Shown: piece after piece, positions 1 to 7,176 of the stretch
How positions within the stretch are numbered: position 1 is the first letter of the stretch
Layout of the letters: each line of letters starts with the position of its first letter
From: an uncultured Candidatus Micrarchaeota archaeon
GTDB lineage: Archaea; Micrarchaeota; Micrarchaeia; Anstonellales; Bilamarchaeaceae
Direction of reading: 5' to 3'
NCBI GenBank assembly: GCA_963714085.1
Contig: OY970229.1
Location: 960,001-1,024,000 of the forward strand
DNA length: 64,000 nucleotides
Position numbers and translations under genes: made by a program
The notes under the pieces: generated by a model
Told to the model about the DNA's origin: nothing
Database searches by the model: none
Seen by the model: the letters and a program-made list of their open reading frames with translations, nothing else

Positions 1-64
1 ATCCCAGGAAAGGTATTAAAACGATTAGGGAACCCGGACTTCCACTATTCTTATTAAACCTTGC

Positions 65-1264
65 GTGAGAAATCACCCCATGGTTTCTTTTGATCAAATC
101 CTCTCAAGGCAATCCATCTTCAGGGATCAGTCCGTGCTCTCGCCGCACTTCGTCCCCAGGGTGCTGCCGTTCAGGGACATGCTGATCTCCGAGATAATGA
201 CCTCCGTGTCCCCGGCCCTGAAAGGGAGGAAGCCGAGGAACCTCATACTATACGGGGCGACAGGCACAGGCAAGACCGTGAGCATGAAGCGGGTGATGGA
301 GGAGTTCCAGGCGCAGAAGGCCGGCATACCCATGTTCTACCTCAACTGCAGGATATACAACTCACGCTACCGCATATTCCAGAAGGTGCTCAAGGAGCAT
401 GTGCCAGAGATCGAGAAGTCCGGCTTCGGGCTGCCTTTCCTCTATGAAAAACTGCTCGAGCTGGCGAACCAGGGCCGGCAGCTGGTGATCGTGCTCGACG
501 AGATAGACATGGTGAAGGACCTGGACGACCTGGTGTACACGCTCACCCGCGCCAATGACGAGCTCAAGGCCGGCGGGATATCCATAGTCGGCATATCGAA
601 CAAGATATCATTCAAGGAGAAGCTGGACCCCAGGAGCCTCTCGAGCCTGTACGAGACCGAGCTCATGTTCCCGCCATACACGTCCGACCAGCTGCAGAGG
701 ATCCTGTCCCAGAGGGTGAAGGACGGCTTCCAAGACGGGGTGGTCGAGCAGTCAGCGGTGAACCTGACCGCGGCCATAACCGCGCAGGACTCCGGGGACG
801 CCAGGTACGCGCTCAAGCTCCTGCTAAAGGCGGGCGAGATGGCGGAGCAGGGCAACAGGAAGAAGCTGACAGACGAGGACGTGGAGGCGGCACGGCGCAA
901 GGTCGAGCTTGACCTGGCAGCTGAGACCATGTCCACGCTGCCGGAGAACCACCAGGTGGTGCTCTATGCCATAGCCAAGCTGTCTCTCAGCGGCTCGAAA
1001 TACTCCCGTTTGGAGGGCATGGACGACTCGTTCCTGTTCTCCGGGGAGATATACGACGAATACGAGGCCCTCTGCAAGAAGCTCAGGAAAAGGCCGCGCT
1101 CGCTGCGCTGGTACAAGGAGTACCTCAACGACCTGGAGATGCTCGGCCTCATAACGACCACGCCGTCGTCCAAGGGCATACGCGGCCATACCACGCTGAT
1201 ACGTCTCGGGCACAACCCCAAGGACATAGAGAAGCTGCTCAAGGGCAAGCTGTCGCTGGACTGA
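65..1264 (+). CDS. cdc6: Orc1/Cdc6 replication initiation protein (ATG at 80 is an alternative start)
   Basis: Walker A GATGTGKT, Walker B IVLDEID, GDARYAL sensor, C-terminal winged helix (YLNDLEMLGLI...GIRG). Confidence 0.95.
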   Translation: MRNHPMVSFDQILSRQSIFRDQSVLSPHFVPRVLPFRDMLISEIMTSVSPALKGRKPRNLILYGATGTGKTVSMKRVMEEFQAQKAGIPMFYLNCRIYNSRYRIFQKVLKEHVPEIEKSGFGLPFLYEKLLELANQGRQLVIVLDEIDMVKDLDDLVYTLTRANDELKAGGISIVGISNKISFKEKLDPRSLSSLYETELMFPPYTSDQLQRILSQRVKDGFQDGVVEQSAVNLTAAITAQDSGDARYALKLLLKAGEMAEQGNRKKLTDEDVEAARRKVELDLAAETMSTLPENHQVVLYAIAKLSLSGSKYSRLEGMDDSFLFSGEIYDEYEALCKKLRKRPRSLRWYKEYLNDLEMLGLITTTPSSKGIRGHTTLIRLGHNPKDIEKLLKGKLSLD

Positions 1265-1348
1265 TTGGCCGGAATGCACACATTTTAATATTCTTTTGCG
1301 CACATATATGTATACAACGAAACTCCCAAATATACCCAAGGCGAGAGC

Positions 1349-2533
1349 ATGGAGAGTCCGAACCGGCAGATTGTATTGAAACGCAGCGACATGCGGCTGG
1401 ATCGGAGCTGCTTTGCTCCCTGGAGAAGGGATTTGCCCGAAAAGTTCCTGCTGCAGATTGCAAGGCAACAACCATTCCTGATCGACCCGCTCAAAGACTA
1501 TCTCACATGCGGCAATGACGTGATTGTGCGCCAGGTAGCCGAGCACATCAGTGCGCACGGCCCGCTCCAGCATCCGAATCCATCAAAGAATGGTTATGTT
1601 ATCGGAATAAAGGAATGTACCGACTCCAGGGCGGTGACTACCGACTTGGCATTCCTGCTCGAATATGAGACAGTCCATCAGAGAACTGCCGGCAGTAGTA
1701 TCCGCAAGGCCAAGATATTCAAAACGCTTGCTCCCGGTGGCCTCGCGGTTGTCACGAGTCACCTCGCCTGCGGCGCAACCGATATTGCTCATAAGCTTGT
1801 GGGCCATGAAAAACCGGACATAGACCCATATGTTCTATCCCTAATAACCAGCATCCCATACCATGTGCGGGCCGAACCAAACCCGGCCATCCGCGATCCT
1901 GAGAACGCGATTGCGCACGCTTTCTCTGCGACAAGATTGCTCAAGCTCGCTGGCAGGGAAGATATCATCGTATGCCCTTCATATCTCGATTGGACACAAC
2001 CCGAGCCTTTCAATTGGCTTGAGTGTGCCCCACAATCCCCTTGCGCCGCGCGTTTGAAGGAGACTGCCAAAAGAATGACTGAATATGCCATGGCAGAGGG
2101 CAGGGATTTCAACACCCAGTACGCTATGCTCACGTTGCTCTGCGATGCTTGTCGTTTTGGCCGTATTGACGGCCCGCGCGAGGTATTCGGTGAGCTCGGC
2201 GACGCGATATTCTGCGTAAATGCCGACTTCCGCAGCTTTGATCCGTCATTGCGTCCCCGGCAGAAGCACATATCAAACACTGCCATGGGTTCTGTGATGT
2301 ACGCCGCTTATGACCACTTCCACGGTAATTATGGCCATGTGGCTGGAGTCGGAGGGCGTCAAGGCACTCACATACTCGGCATCATGGATGTATGCGCTAC
2401 AACTCTCCACAACGTCAAGAAGCATCTGCTGGATAACTACCCTTTGATACGCGACCTCACAGAGTACGGCAAGCGGATACTCCTCATACACTACGATAGG
2501 GGTACGGCTAAAATCACGTTCCTGAATGACTGA
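1349..2533 (+). CDS. Hypothetical protein with beta-carbonic anhydrase-like Zn motifs
   Basis: 394 aa ORF; CTDSR (CxDxR) and HLACGA (HxxC) motifs; AT-rich promoter-like region upstream. Confidence 0.55.
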   Translation: MESPNRQIVLKRSDMRLDRSCFAPWRRDLPEKFLLQIARQQPFLIDPLKDYLTCGNDVIVRQVAEHISAHGPLQHPNPSKNGYVIGIKECTDSRAVTTDLAFLLEYETVHQRTAGSSIRKAKIFKTLAPGGLAVVTSHLACGATDIAHKLVGHEKPDIDPYVLSLITSIPYHVRAEPNPAIRDPENAIAHAFSATRLLKLAGREDIIVCPSYLDWTQPEPFNWLECAPQSPCAARLKETAKRMTEYAMAEGRDFNTQYAMLTLLCDACRFGRIDGPREVFGELGDAIFCVNADFRSFDPSLRPRQKHISNTAMGSVMYAAYDHFHGNYGHVAGVGGRQGTHILGIMDVCATTLHNVKKHLLDNYPLIRDLTEYGKRILLIHYDRGTAKITFLND

Positions 2534-2893
2534 TTATTTCCTTCCCGCGAGCCAATAGGCCCCGCCGAAAACAAGCATCCCCAGCACCGCCACCGGCGCA
2601 TAGACCCTGAACACCGGCGATACGACGGCAATCATCAGGAGCCCCACGAACACTATGGCCAGCTTGCCGCTCAGGCCCCTTATGTCGAGCACATCAGTGC
2701 TTTCAGGCTCCGGTGCGACGGCCTCCTCGGGCATCTCCTTCTTCGGAAGTTCCTTCGCCTTCTGGGTGAACTGTGGCTTGTCGGTCGGCATGCCCTGGTA
2801 GCCGCATCTGGGGCAGTCAGCCTTGCCGCTGATGAACACGTTGCTCAGGTCCATCTCCGCGCCGCACTTGGGGCAAAATTTCTGATCCACCAT
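2534..2893 (-). CDS. Zn-ribbon membrane protein
   Basis: CPKC...CPRC pairs at the N-terminus, two C-terminal hydrophobic helices. Confidence 0.75.
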   Translation of the reverse strand: MVDQKFCPKCGAEMDLSNVFISGKADCPRCGYQGMPTDKPQFTQKAKELPKKEMPEEAVAPEPESTDVLDIRGLSGKLAIVFVGLLMIAVVSPVFRVYAPVAVLGMLVFGGAYWLAGRK

Positions 2894-2972
2894 GTGGTAC
2901 CAACTTTTTAAGCCTCATAAAACTACTTAATATTATGTGTCACGACCCTGAATGAAAAAAGAAAAATGAATC

Positions 2973-3251
2973 CTACTCCGGTATCAGCGGGTTCCTTTCG
3001 TCGGTGATCAGCAGCTGGTACGCACTGGCCTGCGCATGATAAACGCAGTACTTCTTCAGCCAACCGGTGAGGGTCGCGTTCCTCTTGCCCGTGAAGAGGA
3101 TAAACAGCCACTGTAGTGCAAAACATATGAGTGCTATTATTGCGAAGAAGAACAGGACGATGCACGTGATTATCGCCCACACCCACCTCACTATCAATTC
3201 TACGCGCGAAGCCTTATCATCGCTTTTGAGGTCGACCTTGACCGTGTTCAT
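2973..3251 (-). CDS. DUF4389-like small membrane protein
   Basis: SRVELIVRW...QWLFILFTGKR...AYQLLITDERNP pattern; GGTGGTG RBS before ATG 3251. Confidence 0.75.
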   Translation of the reverse strand: MNTVKVDLKSDDKASRVELIVRWVWAIITCIVLFFFAIIALICFALQWLFILFTGKRNATLTGWLKKYCVYHAQASAYQLLITDERNPLIPE

Positions 3252-3360
3252 AAAACACCACCCACGTAGCGATTCGGAGATAAATTTAATAAGAATGCAG
3301 TTTACGACCCGCTTCCGGCCCACTGCCCCTTCCGGCCGTACGGCATTTCCACGTTAAATG

Positions 3361-3423
3361 ATGTCAGCTCTCAAGATCTTCGTCACAGGGTCGCCCCTCA
3401 GAGGTATTGCATTTTCATCACTG
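3361..3423 (-). ncRNA. Box C/D guide sRNA candidate 1
   Basis: Minus strand: C GTGATGA, 13-nt guide, D' CTGA, GGG-GCGA-CCC spacer hairpin, C' GTGACGA, 12-nt guide, D CTGA; TATA-like TTTATTTA ~25 nt upstream. Confidence 0.8.
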
Positions 3424-3487
3424 ATTATTATTAGGGGGCTAAGGATAAATAAACCCGCCGGGAGAAGGCGGCAAACGATGATGGACG

Positions 3488-3548
3488 GTTCAGATGTGAT
3501 AATTTCCTCATCGGACTGAGTCCTCGGCCTGTCGAACAGTCATCATGT
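3488..3548 (-). ncRNA. Box C/D guide sRNA candidate 2
   Basis: Minus strand: C ATGATGA, 12-nt segment, D' CCGA, GGAC-TCA-GTCC hairpin, C'-like CGATGA, 14-nt guide, D CTGA; TTTATA ~28 nt upstream. Confidence 0.65.
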
Positions 3549-3607
3549 AGGATGAGATAAGGTAGAACGAGAATATAAACAGGAGTAAAAAGGAAGAAAA
3601 GGAAAAA

Positions 3608-4534
3608 TCAGAGGTTGACCTTGAGGCCGAGCTCCTTCTTGAGCTCGCGGTACCTGTTCCTGATGGTGACCTCGGTCACTCCTGCGACGTCGGCGACCTC
3701 CTTCTGGGTCTTCTTCTCTCCGAACATCGCGCTCGCGATGTAGAGCGCCGCGGCGGCCACGCCGGTCGGTCCCCTGCCTGAGATCAAACCTTTCTTGAGC
3801 GCCTTCTTTATTAGCCTGGTGGCCTCCTCCTGCACCTTGCCGCCCAGCCTGAGCGCGGTCGCGAACTTCGGCACGTACTGCGCCGGGTCGGTGAGCGGGA
3901 CGTTCACGTCCAGCTCGGTCTTCAGGAACCGGTATGCCCTGCCGATCTCCTTCTTCTCTATGCCGGACGCCCTGGATATCTCGTCCAACGTCCTGGGTAT
4001 GCCCTGCATCCTGCAGATGGCGTAGATGACCGCTGCGACCACGGATTCGATCAGCCTTCCGCGGATGAGCTCCTCCTTAACCGCCCTCCTGTAGAGGAGC
4101 GCGGCGGACTCCTTGATGTTCTCCGGAAGCCCCAGCGAGGATGCCACGCGGTCGAGCTCTGCTAGCGCGATGACCAGGTTCCTCTCCATGGACGTTGCGA
4201 TGGACACCCTCTTGTGCCATTTCCTCATCCTGTAGAGCTGGGCCTGCTTCTTGGGCGATATCTTCCCGCCCCTGATGTCCCTGTTATATTGGTCGATCTC
4301 GGTCACGAGTCCCTTGTTCGGCCTCATGTACTTTATCGGAGCGCCGCCCCTGGCCCTCTTGCCCTTCTGCTCGGCGTCGAAGGCGCGCCACTCCGGACCT
4401 AGGTCTTGGATGTTCTCGGCGATGATGAGCCCGCACTGGGCGCAGAGTACCTCTCCTTTCTCGTAGTCCCTGATGAGCCTGCTCCCCTTGCACTCAGGGC
4501 ATTTTGATACAGTCGTAGCTGCTTGTGTTGCCAT
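3608..4534 (-). CDS. tfb: Transcription initiation factor IIB
   Basis: CPEC...CAQCG Zn ribbon, GPEWRAF B-reader, two cyclin repeats, VTEVTIRNRYREL. Confidence 0.97.
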   Translation of the reverse strand: MATQAATTVSKCPECKGSRLIRDYEKGEVLCAQCGLIIAENIQDLGPEWRAFDAEQKGKRARGGAPIKYMRPNKGLVTEIDQYNRDIRGGKISPKKQAQLYRMRKWHKRVSIATSMERNLVIALAELDRVASSLGLPENIKESAALLYRRAVKEELIRGRLIESVVAAVIYAICRMQGIPRTLDEISRASGIEKKEIGRAYRFLKTELDVNVPLTDPAQYVPKFATALRLGGKVQEEATRLIKKALKKGLISGRGPTGVAAAALYIASAMFGEKKTQKEVADVAGVTEVTIRNRYRELKKELGLKVNL

Positions 4535-4597
4535 GTCAAAACCTCCCGATTCGCATAATAAGTTTTATAAATGTTACTCAGACGGGGTTTATATACC

Positions 4598-4676
4598 TGC
4601 GCTTTTTTCGGGCCTTGCACATAAACTATGGCCTGCACATAAATTGGGGGGTTTGCACATAAATTAAGGGAAAAAA
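4598..4676 (+). repeat. Left direct repeat with 3x TGCACATAAA
   Basis: Motifs at 4616, 4634, 4654; aligns without gaps to 13483-13561. Confidence 0.92.
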
Positions 4677-4685
4677 ATAATAACT

Positions 4686-4925
4686 TCATATCCGGTGTTT
4701 CTCAATGAAGGTAAGGAGTTCTCCTATTGAGTGAAACATTGCGCTATCCCCGCTTTGGGCGTGTTCGACACTTCCTTCCCAAAAGTGTCTAGTGAACCTT
4801 TTGCTCAGGGCGTTTGAGCGTATGTCGTGCCCTCTTGCCGATAGTTTAGCCTTGCTCATATCCCAAAGCCGGATTACAAATTTCGGCATGTCGCCCTTTC
4901 TTTTTACTTCGATTGTACTCTTCAT
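4686..4925 (-). CDS. Small basic hypothetical protein
   Basis: 79 aa ORF with GAGG RBS, 10 bp downstream of 4936-5343. Confidence 0.6.
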   Translation of the reverse strand: MKSTIEVKRKGDMPKFVIRLWDMSKAKLSARGHDIRSNALSKRFTRHFWEGSVEHAQSGDSAMFHSIGELLTFIEKHRI

Positions 4926-4935
4926 GTAATCGCCT

Positions 4936-5343
4936 CTAAACTTTCCCTTTTTTCGCCTTGAAGCTCTTCGCGTACTCCTCCAAAGACTTGCCAGTCAGAT
5001 CCTTGACTTGCTTGTCTGCCCAATAGCTCAAACTGACCTTATTGTCATGAGTCCACTGGAGGCTCGCACGCTTTCCGGTGAAAAATCCGGCAGATCCCTT
5101 CTTATCCTTGCCCATCTCGACCCAAAGTTCGTCGACCCGCTCTTTTGGTATCGGAGCTCCGTTAGCCTCGTTGTAGATTCGGCTCCAGAGCTCCATGCGG
5201 TCCTTCATCCAGCTAGGAATCTCGGCTTCGAGTCCCTCCTCCTGAACCTGCAATTCGGCCAAAAGAGTCGACGCTTCTTCCAACAGTCCCTGTATTTTCT
5301 CGATTTTTTCTTTTTCCTTGGTCATAAAATCCTCCTCCGCCAT
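4936..5343 (-). CDS. Hypothetical protein (N-terminal coiled coil)
   Basis: 135 aa ORF downstream of an AT-rich promoter region. Confidence 0.7.
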   Translation of the reverse strand: MAEEDFMTKEKEKIEKIQGLLEEASTLLAELQVQEEGLEAEIPSWMKDRMELWSRIYNEANGAPIPKERVDELWVEMGKDKKGSAGFFTGKRASLQWTHDNKVSLSYWADKQVKDLTGKSLEEYAKSFKAKKGKV

Positions 5344-5480
5344 ACTTATTTTCTTATTAATATTATATAGTATAGATATACTGTTTTATAAATATATCAT
5401 TTTTATCAAGTTTTGAGAATAGAACAATAAAAAAGAATGTCGTCTAAAAGTGTTTTTAAATCTCTTCTTCGTAAGATTAT

Positions 5481-5567
5481 TGGTGTTCGGTACCTTTGGG
5501 GAACCCAAGGCCCCTAACGGGTTCGATCGATGAGATCGCCAACGGTAATGAGCCAAAGGGTGCACCA
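5481..5567 (+). ncRNA. Structured leader / ncRNA candidate upstream of the RNase H-PIN gene
   Basis: Nested complementary segments TGGTG/CACCA, CCTTTGG/CCAAAGG, GAACCC/GGGTTC, CGATC/GATCG; TTTTTAAA just upstream. Confidence 0.5.
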
Positions 5568-5577
5568 CATTGTATTC

Positions 5578-7065
5578 ATGGCATCCAAAGTCTACAGCAT
5601 CCCCAGCAAGGATGCATTTCTCGCCTTTAAACAGAGCATTTCGACTCGTTTCACTTTAGATAGTCTGGCGCCCAAACAGCACATGGAAGATTCTTTTTCA
5701 ATCAAGTCCCCGAGCGGCAATCTCAAGGTCGATTACTATGCGTCCGGAAAGCTCGTTTTACAAGGCAACGAAGGCATGCCGGTTTTTATAGCAATGAAAT
5801 CCGAGTTGGACAAGGCGTTCACACCTCTAGAAAAGCAAAGCCCCGCAGAAGCGGCAATCGACTTGTTTTTAATAGATAAAAAGTTCTTTATAGGAGGAGA
5901 TGAAGCAGGAACCGGAGAAACGTTTGGGAGCGCCTTTGTCGGCGTCATTGCATTCGAAAAAGAGTCCCTAAAGCAGCTCGCCGATTTCATTAAAGTGCGC
6001 GATGTGAAAAATGAGGGTAGGCAGGGCATCGGAAGCTTATTCCGTGCTGCCAAAAAACACATGTCAGCTTACAGAATAACCCCGATTACGGCATACCAGC
6101 TCGACATAAACAACAAGAATGTTCTTTTGGACGAGACATATGTTTCGCTTTTAAAAGAGCTGAAAGAGTATCTGCCCGCTTCCTGCATCATCATAGATGA
6201 TTACGGCGCAGGCCCACACTTACGTAATTTTTTGAAGAAATGCGAAGCAGAAGGCGCCCGCGTAATATTGGTCAACAAAGCCGATGCAACATACCTACCG
6301 TCGATGCTTGCTTCTGTTGTTGCCAGGGATGCGCGCCTGGAGGACATGGAGAAGTTGTCAGCAGAAAATGTCCTGATTAATAACGAGACAAACGAAAGCA
6401 TCGCCTTCACAAGCGGAAGCCCCTCAGATTCCAGCACGGAAAAATGGCTTCGGGAGTATAGGAAGATTAATCCGCACTCAGATTTTCCGCCTTTTGTCAG
6501 GAGAAAATGGGCTAATGTAATTCGGATTGAAAAAGAAGTCCCCAAGTCCAGCTTCGAGTACGCTTATACTTGCGCAAACTGCAAAGAAAAGGTGGGCAAA
6601 TCGTATTTTACCTTTCATAAAATAAAGAACGCGACTGAAATGCTATGCGCATGCGGTGCACCCATCGGAAAAAGCGAGATTACTACGACGTTCGGTAAAT
6701 GCTCGTTGGTACTAGATACGAGTGCCGTGATTGGCCGGATTCTTTCAAAGGACTTAGAGACATCGAGGTTAACGGCGGGCATGAAGGTTATACTACCTTC
6801 GTGTCTATATGAAGAATTAGACAAAAAAGAACCGGACAAAAGAAGGGGGGCTCTTCGCGAAATCGATTTTCTGAAGAAGAAAAGCGACGAAGGACTTATT
6901 CGGTTTGAAGAAGCGGATGTGTCTGCATGGGTTGGCATGTCATATGATGATCAAATCAAATATCTAGCGCAAACAAAAAAGGCAATTCTTTTGACCCAAG
7001 ACCGGAATCTCGCTGCTTGGACCGCCCTGGGGACATTCGTGTTCGAGATTAAGGTATTCGGCTAG
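5578..7065 (+). CDS. RNase HIII-like nuclease fused to a Zn finger and a C-terminal PIN domain
   Basis: YYASGKLVLQG (RNase HIII N-domain), GGDEAGTGETFG, IIDDY, KADATY..LASVVARD; CANC..CAC; VLDTSA..YEEL..DD..LTQD PIN residues. Confidence 0.8.
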   Translation: MASKVYSIPSKDAFLAFKQSISTRFTLDSLAPKQHMEDSFSIKSPSGNLKVDYYASGKLVLQGNEGMPVFIAMKSELDKAFTPLEKQSPAEAAIDLFLIDKKFFIGGDEAGTGETFGSAFVGVIAFEKESLKQLADFIKVRDVKNEGRQGIGSLFRAAKKHMSAYRITPITAYQLDINNKNVLLDETYVSLLKELKEYLPASCIIIDDYGAGPHLRNFLKKCEAEGARVILVNKADATYLPSMLASVVARDARLEDMEKLSAENVLINNETNESIAFTSGSPSDSSTEKWLREYRKINPHSDFPPFVRRKWANVIRIEKEVPKSSFEYAYTCANCKEKVGKSYFTFHKIKNATEMLCACGAPIGKSEITTTFGKCSLVLDTSAVIGRILSKDLETSRLTAGMKVILPSCLYEELDKKEPDKRRGALREIDFLKKKSDEGLIRFEEADVSAWVGMSYDDQIKYLAQTKKAILLTQDRNLAAWTALGTFVFEIKVFG

Positions 7066-7176
7066 TTTGTTTGTCTATAAAAGACTGGCGATGCGGGCTC
7101 CAAGTAACCAAAAACTAAACTAACAAGAAGCCAGGCGCGGTTATTCTACTCCCAACGACTTGACGAACTCCAGTCG

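Noticed and set aside
1..64. Replication origin (ORB) upstream of cdc6
   Set aside because: Only a TTCCAC fragment is visible; no full or repeated ORB within the window.
3295..3355. GGCCGGAAG repeat resembling SRP RNA helix 8 on the minus strand
   Set aside because: The internal loop does not match and there is no room for an archaeal SRP RNA.
3476..3519. Plus-strand C/D-like boxes
   Set aside because: Weaker boxes; better explained as the antisense of the minus-strand candidate, which has a promoter.
4616..4663. TGCACATAAA arrays as a CRISPR array
   Set aside because: Repeats are 10 bp and spacers only 8-10 bp; no cas genes in the window.
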